Numbered from the stretch's first letter, positions 9,303-19,680 are shown. The stretch is 64,000 nt of DNA from Candidatus Multivoradales bacterium (GCA_965223155.1 CBDCVR010000014.1:128001-192000); one strand, 5' to 3'. A program made the numbers and translations. The notes: generated by a model not told the origin, from the letters alone.

Positions 9303-11953
9303 GCCGCCTGACCTGGATCGCGGCCGCCGGCCACTACCGCCGGCACCCCGGCCAGCTCCTGCTGGCTCTAGCCGGCGTCGCCCTCGGAGTCGCGGTCTTC
9401 GTCGCCATCGAGTCCGCCAACGGCTCGGCCCTGGCCTCCTTCGAACGCTCGACACTGGCGGTGACCGGCCGCGCCACGCATCAGATCGTGGGCACCGACG
9501 CACTGGTCCCCGAGTCCCTCTACACGCGCCTGCGTACCGAGCTGGGCATCCGCCGGGCGGCGCCAATCATCGAGGGCTTCGCCTGGGCCGGCACCCGCGC
9601 CCGACATCCGAAGCCCCGAGATCGGCAGGCCGGATCTCCGGAGGATCCGGCGGGGATGCCGGCGAACGGACGGCCCGTGCGAGTCCTCGGCATCGACCCC
9701 TTCGCCGACGCGGCCTTCCGCGATGCCTTCCGCAACGAGGCGGCGGCCGAGCTGGATCTGGCGTCCTTCCTTCGCCGGCCGACCGCCCTGGTCTCGGCCG
9801 CTACCGCGCGCGACCTCGGCGTCGGCGTCGGCGAGCCGCTAGTCGTTGCCGCCGGCGGCCGCAGCCAAGACCTCACAATCGGCGTGACGTTCTCGTCCCG
9901 GGACGCCTTCCGGCGCCAGGCCGGCCGCGACCTCCTGATCCTGGACGTCTTCCACGCCCAAAGGATCTTCGGGATGGGCTCGAACCTGACCCGCATCGAC
10001 CTCCTGCTGGACGGCCCCGACTGGGATCGGGAGCAAGCCCTGGCCGCCATCCGGGAGATTCTGCCTCCGGGTACCGAGATCGCCAGACCTGAAAGCCGGA
10101 CCGCCGCCGCCGGCGAGCTGACCCGCGCCTTTCGCCTCAACCTGCGCGCCCTGAGCCTGCTCGGCCTCCTGTGCGGAGCGTTCTTGATCTACAACACGAT
10201 GACCTTCGCCGTCGTGCAGCGCCGCCCGATCCTGGCACTCCTGCGGGCACTGGGCGTGACCCCCAAGAGGCTCTTCGGCGTGGTCCTGGCCGAGGCGGCT
10301 GCCGTGGGATTCGCCGGCGGCTGCCTGGGCCTCGCCTTCGGCCGGCTGCTGGCCGGGCGCCTCCTGGTCCGAGTCGAACAGACCCTGGACGACCTCTACT
10401 TCACGACCGGCAGCATCTGGATCGAACCGCCGCCCTGGCTGACTCCGGCCGCCCTGCTTCTAGCCGTCGCCGTCGCACTGCTGGCCGCTCTCGGACCGGC
10501 GGTCGAAGCGCTGCGCGCGGCGCCGGGACCCGCTCTCGCCCGCGCCACCCTGGAGACCAGGTGGCGCGCCGCCCTTCCCAAGCTGACTGCCGCGGGCGGC
10601 GTGCTCGTGACGCTCGGTGCCCTCGCGATCTGGAGCCAGCGCGGCGGCCTGCCGACCGCCTTCGCAGCGCTCTTCGCGATCCTGGTGGGACTCGCCCTGA
10701 CAACGCCCCTGGCCACGGTCGGCTTGAGCCGCCTGGTCGCGGCTCCGGCGGAACGCACACTTGGAGGACTGGGACGCATCGCGGCCGCGGGCGTTGGGGC
10801 CTCGATCAGCCGCACCGGCGTGGCCGTCGCCGCCCTCGCCGTGGCGATCTCGGTGACCCTGGGCGTGGATCTGATGATCCGGAGCTTCCGGTCCACCGTC
10901 GACGAGTGGCTCCTCTATTCGCTTCCGGCCGACCTCTACGTCTCCTCGACCGCCAGCTTCCGGGGGGCCTCGGGGACCGCTCCACCGGCCCTACGCGAGA
11001 GCGACCTCGACGTCTTGCGCACGGCGCCGGGGGTCGTCCGCGTCAACACCGTCCTCGAGACCAGGGTCGAATCGGCGGTGGGTGCGGTGCGCCTCCTGGC
11101 CCACGATCTCGACGCCCGCGGCCGGAGCGCCTTCCGCTTCCGGAGGGCCCGGCCGGAGGACGCCTGGCCCGGCTACCTCGCGGGCACGGCGGTCCTGATC
11201 TCGGAGCCTCTTGCAAGCCGGCACGGACTCGGTCCGGGCGACACCCTGCGGCTCGAGACCCCGTCCGGCCCGGTGCACCCGCAAGTCGCCGCCGTCTTTT
11301 ACGACTACGCCAGTGAGCGGGGCACGGTCTTGATGTCCTGGGCGCGCTATCTGGAGCTCTGGCCGGAGGGCCGGCGCCGGCCGGGTCGGACCGCGGCCGC
11401 CCTCTATCTCGAGCCCGGATCAGACCCGGACGCGGCCCGCACAGGCGTCGCGCGCCGGCTGGAGGCGGGCCGGAGCGTCCCGAACCGAAACCTGGCGGTG
11501 CGCTCGAACGGAGCCCTGCGCCGGCGCTCGCTCGAGGTCTTCGACCGCACCTTCCTGGTCACCAACGTGCTACGCCTGCTGGCCGTGACCGTGGCCTTCA
11601 TCGGTGTCTTGGCCGCCCTCACCGCCCTGGCGCTCGAACGAAGGCGCGAGCTGGCGGCGCTCCGCGCCCTGGGCCTGACTCCCAAGCAGCTCTGGGGGCT
11701 GGTCACCTGCCAAAGCGCGCTGCTCGGGCTCTTCGCCGGGCTTCTCGCCCTACCCATGGGAGCCGTCACCGCCGCCCTCATGACCTTCGTCATCAACAAG
11801 CGCTCCTTCGGATGGTCGATGGACCTTACGCTGCCCGTGGAGTCGCTGGCCTTCGCCCTGGCCCTGGCGGTGGGCTCGGCGCTGCTGGCGGGCCTCTATC
11901 CGGCCTTCCGGCTCGCGCGCGCACCCGTGGCCGAGGCGCTACGGAGCGACTGA
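9299..11953 (+). CDS. FtsX/MacB-like ABC permease (two permease units)
   Basis: Two RR.LA.LRALG permease motifs. The first TM (LALAGVALGVAVFVAI) lies upstream of the GTG at 9461, so CTG 9299 is the inferred start. Confidence 0.87.
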   Translation: MSRLTWIAAAGHYRRHPGQLLLALAGVALGVAVFVAIESANGSALASFERSTLAVTGRATHQIVGTDALVPESLYTRLRTELGIRRAAPIIEGFAWAGTRARHPKPRDRQAGSPEDPAGMPANGRPVRVLGIDPFADAAFRDAFRNEAAAELDLASFLRRPTALVSAATARDLGVGVGEPLVVAAGGRSQDLTIGVTFSSRDAFRRQAGRDLLILDVFHAQRIFGMGSNLTRIDLLLDGPDWDREQALAAIREILPPGTEIARPESRTAAAGELTRAFRLNLRALSLLGLLCGAFLIYNTMTFAVVQRRPILALLRALGVTPKRLFGVVLAEAAAVGFAGGCLGLAFGRLLAGRLLVRVEQTLDDLYFTTGSIWIEPPPWLTPAALLLAVAVALLAALGPAVEALRAAPGPALARATLETRWRAALPKLTAAGGVLVTLGALAIWSQRGGLPTAFAALFAILVGLALTTPLATVGLSRLVAAPAERTLGGLGRIAAAGVGASISRTGVAVAALAVAISVTLGVDLMIRSFRSTVDEWLLYSLPADLYVSSTASFRGASGTAPPALRESDLDVLRTAPGVVRVNTVLETRVESAVGAVRLLAHDLDARGRSAFRFRRARPEDAWPGYLAGTAVLISEPLASRHGLGPGDTLRLETPSGPVHPQVAAVFYDYASERGTVLMSWARYLELWPEGRRRPGRTAAALYLEPGSDPDAARTGVARRLEAGRSVPNRNLAVRSNGALRRRSLEVFDRTFLVTNVLRLLAVTVAFIGVLAALTALALERRRELAALRALGLTPKQLWGLVTCQSALLGLFAGLLALPMGAVTAALMTFVINKRSFGWSMDLTLPVESLAFALALAVGSALLAGLYPAFRLARAPVAEALRSD

Positions 11954-13264
11954 GTGCGGTCGCAGTCACAGCCCCTGGGCGCCGGCACGGCACGTGAGCT
12001 CGCCGCCCGGCTCGTCCTGCTCGGCCTAGCAGCAGGGATCTCGGCAACGGGCTGCCGCCCGGCCATGGAACCGGCGACCGAGGAAACCACCCACGCTCCA
12101 GCCGACGCCGTGCTCGAGGCGCTCCGAGCCACGCCGGCCGACCTCGCGGGGTTCGAGGTCCCGGCCGAGCCCCGGACCTTCGAGTTCCCGAAGGACCATG
12201 GACCGCATCCGCGGTACCGGACCGAGTGGTGGTACTGGACCGGACACCTCGAGTCCGTTGCCGAGGCCGGCCTCGAGAAACGCCGTTTCGGCTACCAGCT
12301 CACCTTGTTCCGGAGCGCCCTGCCTCCAGTACCTCCACTGGCTCCACCTGCTCCACTGGCGCCGCCGGCACCGGCCGAACCTGCAGCCGCCCCCTCCGAT
12401 TTCGACTCCCGTCCCTCCAGCCGGTCGAGCTGGTCGGTCGATCAGCTGTACATGGCCCACGCCGCGCTCACCGACGAGTCCGGCGGCCGCTTCCTCCACG
12501 CCGAGCGCTTCTCCCGAGGAGGCGCCGGACTGGCGGGCGTCGAAGCCGAGCCCTTCCGCGCCTGGCTCGACGACTGGAAGGTCGCCGGAGCGGCTCCCGA
12601 CCGGGCGCGGCTCGAGGCGCGCCTCGACAACGCGGCCCTCGAGCTCGAGCTCCAGCCGGGCAAGCCGATCGTTCTCCAGGGCGATCGCGGCCTGAGCCGC
12701 AAGGGCTCGCGCCCCGGCGCCGCTTCCTACTACTACACCCTGCCGAGGATCCCGACTTCCGGCACCATTCGCATCGGCGAGCTCAGCTTTGAGGTCCGAG
12801 GATCGAGCTGGCTCGACCGGGAATGGAGCACCAGCCTCCTCGGCGACGAAGAGGCCGGTTGGGACTGGCTGGGCGCGCAGCTCGACGACGGCCGCGAGGT
12901 CATGCTCTTCCGGCTCCGCGACCGCGCCGGCGCGACCCTGTACGCGGGCGGCACGCTGGTCGGTGCGGGCGGCTCCGGACGCACCCTCGATGTCGAAGGC
13001 TTCATTGCCGAGCCTGTGGAGGGGCGTCTCTGGACCAGCCCGAAGACCGGCATCCGCTACCCCGCCGGTCTCCGCTTCGTTCTCCCGGCCGAAGAGCTGG
13101 AGCTGATCGCGGAGCCGACCGTGGCCGACCAGGAGCTCCAGGGCGACTTCGTCTACTGGGAGGGCTCGACCCGGGTCCGGGGGCATCTCGGCGGCACATC
13201 GGTACGCGGCCGCGGCTACCTGGAGCTCACCGGCTACGGTCCGGACGGGCGATCACGGCGCTGA
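11954..13264 (+). CDS. AttH/CrtC-like lipocalin-fold lipoprotein
   Basis: FPKDHGPHPRYRTEWWYWTG, ASYYY, WLDREWS, GWDW, YWEG, GYLELTGY; lipobox-like SATGC. Confidence 0.88.
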   Translation: MRSQSQPLGAGTARELAARLVLLGLAAGISATGCRPAMEPATEETTHAPADAVLEALRATPADLAGFEVPAEPRTFEFPKDHGPHPRYRTEWWYWTGHLESVAEAGLEKRRFGYQLTLFRSALPPVPPLAPPAPLAPPAPAEPAAAPSDFDSRPSSRSSWSVDQLYMAHAALTDESGGRFLHAERFSRGGAGLAGVEAEPFRAWLDDWKVAGAAPDRARLEARLDNAALELELQPGKPIVLQGDRGLSRKGSRPGAASYYYTLPRIPTSGTIRIGELSFEVRGSSWLDREWSTSLLGDEEAGWDWLGAQLDDGREVMLFRLRDRAGATLYAGGTLVGAGGSGRTLDVEGFIAEPVEGRLWTSPKTGIRYPAGLRFVLPAEELELIAEPTVADQELQGDFVYWEGSTRVRGHLGGTSVRGRGYLELTGYGPDGRSRR

Positions 13265-13289
13265 GCCGGCAGAAGTCCGCGAACCCGTC

Positions 13290-14315
13290 TTAGGGGCTTC
13301 GGTCGAACTCGACGCAGGGAAAGAGCTTCTCTTCGGGAACGCGCCGGCCCAGCTCGTCGGCGACGAAGGTCAAGAGCTCGGCCTCCCGCTCGGCCGGGTA
13401 GCCGGCCATGCCCCCGCTCTCGACGCCGGTCGCCGCCAGCAGCGCCGAGCCGGGAGCCTGGGCGCGCATCCGGCGGTGAAAGGCCGCGGGAAGCCGAAAG
13501 GGACCGTACCCGACCGAGTGCAGGGCGGGAGCGGGGACTGCCGAGAAGACCCGCTCGAAGAGCTCCCGGTAGTCGGCCCGGAAGGTCTCGCTCCAAAGGA
13601 CGGGATCGAAACGCAACCCCAACTGCCAGCCCTGGCGGGCCAAAGCCGCCATCGCCCGGAGTCGAGCCTCCAGGTTGGGCACTCCCTGCTCGAGGGCCTG
13701 GTGGACCGGATCCGGCGACATGCTGAAAGCCACGACCACGTTGGGCACGACCTCGGTCTCGAGTAGAGCCTCGATCCGCGTGCTCTTGGTGCGCAGCTCC
13801 AGCCAGGCCTCGGGCCGATCTCGAAAAAACGCGAGGGCTTCCGGCGCGAAACCGGTGACCGCGTCGAAGGCCAGGCTGTCGCAGTCGTAGCCCGAAAAGA
13901 ACCAGGCTGGGCCGCTCCCCTCAGCCACCTCCGCCAGGGCTTCTTGGATCTCGGAAAAGAAGTCCTCGTAGTTGACGAAGACGACGTAGTGGGCCGAACG
14001 GAACATGCCCTGGAGGAAGCAATACCGGCAGTCGTAAAGACAGTTCAGCATGTGCGAGAAGTAGAAGTTGACGTCGCCGCCGACGCCGTACGCGGGCGGA
14101 GCCGGCAGCACCCTGCGTCCCTGCTTGCCGGCCAGGATCAGCGCCGGCCGCAGCTTCTGCAACCGGAAGCTCTGCCCGCGCCGGTTCAGGATCTCGCCGA
14201 AGCGGTCGCAGGCGACCACGTCGGCGCGCGGGAACCGCTCCAGGATCGAACGCGTTCGGGGGTGCTCGGCGACCGAGGTCTCGACGTAGATCCTGGCGAT
14301 CGAACGTTGGCCCAT
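13290..14315 (-). CDS. Spore photoproduct lyase-like radical SAM protein
   Basis: NCLYDCRYCFLQG, CDSLA, ELRTKS, GLRFDP. Confidence 0.88.
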   Translation of the reverse strand: MGQRSIARIYVETSVAEHPRTRSILERFPRADVVACDRFGEILNRRGQSFRLQKLRPALILAGKQGRRVLPAPPAYGVGGDVNFYFSHMLNCLYDCRYCFLQGMFRSAHYVVFVNYEDFFSEIQEALAEVAEGSGPAWFFSGYDCDSLAFDAVTGFAPEALAFFRDRPEAWLELRTKSTRIEALLETEVVPNVVVAFSMSPDPVHQALEQGVPNLEARLRAMAALARQGWQLGLRFDPVLWSETFRADYRELFERVFSAVPAPALHSVGYGPFRLPAAFHRRMRAQAPGSALLAATGVESGGMAGYPAEREAELLTFVADELGRRVPEEKLFPCVEFDRSP

Positions 14316-14324
14316 GGGCGGTCG

Positions 14325-15129
14325 CTAGTAGCCGACCCGAGCCGAGTCGATTCGGTTCTCGAGCTCGGCCAAGACGGTGGCGGCTCGCGCCTTCGGCGGC
14401 ACCGCCGCCGGCCCGACCGCTACCCCAAGAGCCGCCAGGCGCTCCAAGAGCTCGCGCAGCCGGCGCTCCTGGGTCACGGTGAAGTGCCGGTCCGCGAGCC
14501 AGGGGTCGACTTCGATGGCGCCGCCAACGGAAGTCACCCGCGCCGCGGCGGCCGCCGACGCATCCAGTACCCGGTCGAGCGCATCCAGGTTGGCCTCGAT
14601 CAATCCTGTGACCCGGCCCCGGGTCGCGGAGCCGGCCGGCTGCTCGCGGTTGTCGGAGACCACCTTCAGCACTTGCACCAGCTCGAAGGTCGAGAAGCGA
14701 GCGGCCGCCGAGCAGAACGCGGCGGCTTCCATGTCGTACAGCACCGGCTCCGGGTAGCCGGTCTCGGGCCGGTCAACGGTCAGGACCTCGGCGGCCTGCA
14801 AACCGGTCTCGAAGAGCAGGCTCGGATACCAGGACCGGCCGTCGCCAGCCGTCCCGAATCTTGGCGGCCACGAAGGCGGATCCGATCTCGGCGGTGGCGT
14901 GGCCGGCCACACCCACGTTGATCCAAGCGGCGTCCCGAACCTCACCCGCCTTGGCGAAGGCGTAGGCCGCGCCCGCGGCGCAGGCATTGCGCCCGACGCC
15001 GGTCACTACCAGCCGGATCGACTCCGAGCGGTAGAGGCGAAACGGAGCTGTCTCATCGCTTCCCCGGAGCCCGAGATGGCGCGCGATCGGACGCGCCTCG
15101 GCCGCCAGCGCGACCACCAGATGGATCAC
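14325..15129 (-). pseudogene. Nucleoside phosphorylase (MTA/SAH nucleosidase-like) gene split by a frameshift near 14850
   Basis: N-half (VALAAEA, VTGVG, INVGVAG) in ORF 14773..15129; C-half (GRSWYP, YDMEAA, KVVSDN) in ORF 14325..14987. Confidence 0.75.
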
Positions 15130-15953
15130 GCGATGACCTCGGCCAGCTCGGCCGTCAACGCCGCGACCTCATCGTGCCGGCCACGCCGGGCCGCGCCCGC
15201 GCCGTAGATTGTCAGCTTGCGCTCGAGCTCGCGCTCAGCCGCGCGCCGGTCTCCCGCCTCGAGCGGACCGTCCTGCAAAATTCGGAGCAAGGCGCGGATC
15301 CGGTACCGATCCAGGGCCGGAACCGACCGCGAGAGCTGGTCCGGGTGGCCGCCGCGCTTGACCACCAGGGGCTCGTCCACGAACGCCACCGGATACCGGC
15401 AGGTGTAGCGCAGCCACAGGTCGTAGTCCTCGCAAGCCGGGAGATCCTCGTCGAAGAGTCCCAGCTCCAGAAGCGTCGCACGCTCGATCAGCGCCGCCGA
15501 CGGCGAGATCGCGCACAGCGGCAGGCAGCGGCGGAAGATCCGGCCGCCGGCCTTCTGGTGCCGGCGCCCGGGATTGACCCGGACGCCGTTGCGGATCCAG
15601 ATTTCCTCGGTGTGGCAAAGGCGGCTCTCGGGATCCGCGGCCAGGGCCGCGAGCTGCCGCTCGAGCTTCGCCGGCAGCCATTCGTCGTCCGAGTCCAAAA
15701 ACGCCACCCAGCGGCCCTTCGCCGCTCGGACACCTCGATTCCGGGCAGCGCTGACTCCGGCGTTTTCCTGGCGCAAGAGCCGAACCTCCGGGAATCGCTC
15801 TTCGACCATCGCGGCGGTGCCGTCCGTGGAACCGTCGTCCACCAGCAGGACCTCGTCGGCCGGACGGGTCTGCGCGCGTACCGAAGCCAGCGCCGAGGCC
15901 ACCAGCTCGCGGCGATTGAAGGTCGGCACAACGACCGAAACCGTAGACTCCAT
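15126..15953 (-). CDS. Glycosyltransferase family 2
   Basis: VSVVVPTFNR, VDDGSTD, SAARNRG, FLDSDD, EDYDLWLR. Confidence 0.93.
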   Translation of the reverse strand: MESTVSVVVPTFNRRELVASALASVRAQTRPADEVLLVDDGSTDGTAAMVEERFPEVRLLRQENAGVSAARNRGVRAAKGRWVAFLDSDDEWLPAKLERQLAALAADPESRLCHTEEIWIRNGVRVNPGRRHQKAGGRIFRRCLPLCAISPSAALIERATLLELGLFDEDLPACEDYDLWLRYTCRYPVAFVDEPLVVKRGGHPDQLSRSVPALDRYRIRALLRILQDGPLEAGDRRAAERELERKLTIYGAGAARRGRHDEVAALTAELAEVIA

Positions 15954-15957
15954 CTCC

Positions 15958-17334
15958 TCAGGCTACCGAATCGGAAGAGCGGTCCGCGGAAAGCGGCAGC
16001 CCTTCCCGGCCCCTGCCGGTGGGAAGCGGCAGGCGGAAGGTGAGCCGCGCCCGCCTTCCGTCCAGGTTCTCGAATCCCAACACGATGCGGGCCGATCGGG
16101 TCCGGCGCCGCGGCTCGGGCTTCCAGATCCGGCTCCCGTCCCGCCGGCGCCGCAGACCCGGCCCGTCCGGCCATTCGGGAAGCCGGCGCAGAGCCGCCCG
16201 GCCGGAGCCGCCGACGCGCAGCTTGCCCATGACGTCGCAGTCCTCGAAGCGCACGAAGCCGCGCCGGTCGATTCGAAGGCGGGGCCCGACGTACTCCTCG
16301 ACCTCGGGGAACAAGACCTCCCGGACCGCCTCCAGGTGCTCGAAGCCATAGAGGCCCACCCGGCGCAGGCCACCGCGGGTGTCGTAGAACGGCACCTCCC
16401 CCGGCTCAGTGGGAAGTAGGGTCGTGCTCTCGGCCCAGTTGTCGAGAGTCCCAGCCAGCACGTACCGCGAGCCATCAATCGGCCGGGCGTGATCGCGGGC
16501 AAGGCGCAAGAAATCGTCCACGTCCTGACGGTCCCGGGCCAGGATGCGAATCGGCTCGCCCTCGCCCAGAGCCTCCTTGAACTCCGTGTCGTCAAACTGG
16601 CAGGACATGGCCGGGATGACGTCCAGACCGGCGCTGTCGTTGTAGTAGCGCTCGAACGCCCCGAATACCTCGGGCAGGTCCCGGATGGGGTTCTCGCGCA
16701 CGATCTCCGGCGTGGCCGCGACAAAGCCGGACCGGCAGGACAGCGGCGGCACCGGCCCGCTCTGCCCGAAGGTGTCGCCGATGAGGTAGAGACCTCGACT
16801 CAGGGCCTCCGAGAAGACCGCCTCGGCGTTGCGAATGCCTTCGACCGCGGCCCAGACGTAGAGCACCGGCTTGCCGTCGATGCGCCAGTAGTTGGGATGG
16901 TCGAAGTAGGGCCCAAAATAGTCCAGGTCGTCCAGGAACATGCGCTCCACCGGCGGCAGGGCAAAGTCGATCGGCTGCCGGTCCGTGGTGCCGCGCTGGA
17001 GCGCCGCCAGCACCGGGTCGTAGAACACAAACCAGCGAGCGCGAGTGCGCCGCACCGCCGGCAAGAAGACCGACTGGAGATTCAGGTCCACGAAGCCGTC
17101 GGCGGCGATCGGCTTGATCCACTCGATGGCGTAGAGAAAGTTGGATCCGTCCCGGCCGGTGTAGCGGTGAACCCACTGCATCTCCTGCTCGAGCACCAGC
17201 GGGTCGGAGCTCCAGGTATAGCCCAGCAGCGGCCGGAACGGGACCATCGGCTGGCCGTTGAGCCAGTAGCACTTGAGCTCCGGCTCGCCCTTGAACCACA
17301 GGTTGAGCTGGCTGATCAGCTTGAGATCGCTCGT
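15958..17334 (-). CDS. GH99/GH71-like glycoside hydrolase-fold protein, paralog A
   Basis: YWRIDGKPVLYVW and DNWAESTTLLPT; collinear with 17662..18936. Only the last ~458 codons of the 853-aa ORF look real. Confidence 0.65.
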   Translation of the reverse strand, partial: TSDLKLISQLNLWFKGEPELKCYWLNGQPMVPFRPLLGYTWSSDPLVLEQEMQWVHRYTGRDGSNFLYAIEWIKPIAADGFVDLNLQSVFLPAVRRTRARWFVFYDPVLAALQRGTTDRQPIDFALPPVERMFLDDLDYFGPYFDHPNYWRIDGKPVLYVWAAVEGIRNAEAVFSEALSRGLYLIGDTFGQSGPVPPLSCRSGFVAATPEIVRENPIRDLPEVFGAFERYYNDSAGLDVIPAMSCQFDDTEFKEALGEGEPIRILARDRQDVDDFLRLARDHARPIDGSRYVLAGTLDNWAESTTLLPTEPGEVPFYDTRGGLRRVGLYGFEHLEAVREVLFPEVEEYVGPRLRIDRRGFVRFEDCDVMGKLRVGGSGRAALRRLPEWPDGPGLRRRRDGSRIWKPEPRRRTRSARIVLGFENLDGRRARLTFRLPLPTGRGREGLPLSADRSSDSVA

Positions 17335-17661
17335 ACGAACCTCCTCGGCACAACGCCGGCGTCGCCTCTTCGCCCTCGCTCCGCTCGCGTCGGACCCGCC
17401 AGCGTACGGAGGGTACGCCCGCCCCGGCCCCAGTCGCAAGCCCGGCGGATTGACGATTCTGGCGGTTGGTCCGCGCGGCCGAGTCTCGCGCCGACGGCAA
17501 CTCGGCAGCGGTTGGTCGATCAACCGCCGCCGACCTCGAAGAGCCGGAAAATTTCTTAGACATTTCCAAGTGCGACCAACTCGGAAACTTTTGCTAGCAT
17601 CCGTCGCCAAATCCGGGCATTCGCCCCGTCCCGACTCCGTTTTTCCGTTTTCCGTATCGCC

Positions 17662-18936
17662 GTGCGCGTCATCGCTCAGCACAACCTGTGGTTTCGCGGA
17701 CGCCCCCATTTCCGCAACTACCGGATCGACGGCCGCAAGATGATCTCGGTCGATCCGCTGTTGGGGCAGCGGGACAGTTCCGACGCCGCCGCCCTCGCCC
17801 AGGAGATGCAGTGGTTGCACCGCTACACCGGCCGGGACGGATCCAATTTCATCTACTCGCTCGAGTGGTTCCTGCCCGGAAACCTGATCGACCGGAATCT
17901 GGCCAACGTCTTCCTGCCCCAGATCGAAAGTTGCCGGGCCAGGTGGAACATCTTCTACGACCCGGTACTGGCGGTACGACAGCGGGGACTCGAGAACGGC
18001 TTCCCCATCGACTTCGCCCGCCGCGACGTCACTCGCATGTTCAAGCAGGACATCGCCTACCTGGACGCCGCCTACTTCTCCCACCCCAACTACTGGCACA
18101 TCGACGGCAAGCCGGTGCTCTACATCTGGTCGGCCCGGAACGCGATCCGCAACGTCGATCCCGTCTTCCGCCAGGTTCGCAATCAAGGCGTCTTCCTCCT
18201 CGGCGACGTCTTTGGCGGCCACTGGGAGTTCCCCGAGGTCGATGCCGCCACCGGCTTCGTCGCCGCCACCCCTGACCTCATCGGCACCGTCACCGAGGTG
18301 CCCAGAGTCTTCGACAACTTCGAGATCTACTTCGACGAGGTGCGGTCGATGCAGGACGACGAGGGCCGGCCGTATCTCGTGCCGGCCGTCTCGGGCCAGT
18401 ACGACGACACCAACTTCCAGAGCCTCAAGGGCGGCTTCCAGACCCGGTTGCTGGCTACCAACCGGCAAGACATTGAACGGTTTTTTCGCCTGGCCGAGCG
18501 CAGTGCCGACCCGATCCACGGCGAACGCTACGTCTGGCTAGGCACGACCAACAACTGGGCCGAGGGCGCAACGCTCTTGCCGACCGTCCTGCGCCGGCCC
18601 CGGTACCTGAGCGAGCGCAAAGGCCTGATCCGGATGGGCAACTACGCCTTTGAGCATCTCGAAGCGGTGCACAGCGTCTTCTTCCGCCGCGAGCCCAAGT
18701 ACAAGGGACCCAAGATCGAAACGACCCAGACCGGCGCTGTCCGCTTCTTTGACTGCGACGTTCTGGGGCGGCTCAAGGTCATCGGCTCGGTGGACAACGC
18801 GCCGCACTGGCCGAGCGGCCGGAATCTCGAGACCCAAGCCGACGGGACCCATACCTGGTTGCCTCGAAACCCAAAAAATGTTCGGATGCGGTTCGTGAAC
18901 CTGGATCGGAAGATCGCTACACTGGAGATTCGGTAA
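17662..18936 (+). CDS. GH99/GH71-like glycoside hydrolase-fold protein, paralog B
   Basis: YWHIDGKPVLYIW, PAVSGQYDD, NNWAEGATLLPT. Confidence 0.68.
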   Translation: MRVIAQHNLWFRGRPHFRNYRIDGRKMISVDPLLGQRDSSDAAALAQEMQWLHRYTGRDGSNFIYSLEWFLPGNLIDRNLANVFLPQIESCRARWNIFYDPVLAVRQRGLENGFPIDFARRDVTRMFKQDIAYLDAAYFSHPNYWHIDGKPVLYIWSARNAIRNVDPVFRQVRNQGVFLLGDVFGGHWEFPEVDAATGFVAATPDLIGTVTEVPRVFDNFEIYFDEVRSMQDDEGRPYLVPAVSGQYDDTNFQSLKGGFQTRLLATNRQDIERFFRLAERSADPIHGERYVWLGTTNNWAEGATLLPTVLRRPRYLSERKGLIRMGNYAFEHLEAVHSVFFRREPKYKGPKIETTQTGAVRFFDCDVLGRLKVIGSVDNAPHWPSGRNLETQADGTHTWLPRNPKNVRMRFVNLDRKIATLEIR

Positions 18937-19589
18937 TGCCCTCGACCAAGCCCCGCCGCCCGACCCGGCGCCAGCTCCTGTCCCGATCGCTGGCGGTGTT
19001 CGCCGGTTTGGCCGCGCCGGCCGCGGCGCGACGAGCCGTCGCGGCGATGCCTTCGCAGCCGGAGCAGCCCGGCCGAAGCACCAACCTGAGTGCCGGGGGA
19101 TCTGTACCGCAGTCGCCCGGTACCCGGAACCCGGGAATTTCGGAGATCCCGGTCGATCTTCCCGGGGGCCAGCGCCTAGCCTCCAAGTTCCTGGCCGAGC
19201 TCACCGGCCGGCGCCACGCAGCTCCCCTCTGCTGGCAAGCGGACAGAACCCGGCTCGTCGCCCGGGCCGGCGACCTCTGGATCGAGACCGAGGCCGCCGG
19301 TGACGCACGGTCCTGGACCTACGTCGGCGATCCGGACGCCAGCGAGGGTCTTGTCCTCGCGCACGAGAACGGTCGCATCCGGCGGGTGACGCTCACCACC
19401 CCGGGCCGCGTTGCCACACCGGGAGTCGCCACCTACGACACCCTGCGGGTTCGTCCCGACGGCGTCGAGCTGACCTTCTCGAGCGAGCTGGCGCTCCGGT
19501 ACACCGCGACGCATTGGATCCCGGGAGGCGCCCTGCCTCCCGTCTATCAGGATCTCCTCGACGCGCTGCCTCCCGTCGAAGTGGCCTGA
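18936..19589 (+). CDS. Hypothetical protein with twin-arginine-like signal
   Basis: TRRQLL followed by a hydrophobic Ala-rich stretch; TAATG overlap with the upstream gene. Confidence 0.6.
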   Translation: MPSTKPRRPTRRQLLSRSLAVFAGLAAPAAARRAVAAMPSQPEQPGRSTNLSAGGSVPQSPGTRNPGISEIPVDLPGGQRLASKFLAELTGRRHAAPLCWQADRTRLVARAGDLWIETEAAGDARSWTYVGDPDASEGLVLAHENGRIRRVTLTTPGRVATPGVATYDTLRVRPDGVELTFSSELALRYTATHWIPGGALPPVYQDLLDALPPVEVA

Positions 19590-19680
19590 GCTTTTTCGGA
19601 CCGAGCCCTGCCGCCCGAGCCCGCTGAAGGCCCGGGGCTTTCTGGGCTTTCCGAGCTTTCTGAGCAGGCCGCCGCCCCGC

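Noticed and set aside
17335-18519. N-terminal part of the 853-aa minus-strand ORF
   Set aside because: It is the antisense shadow of 17662..18936 plus intergenic DNA.
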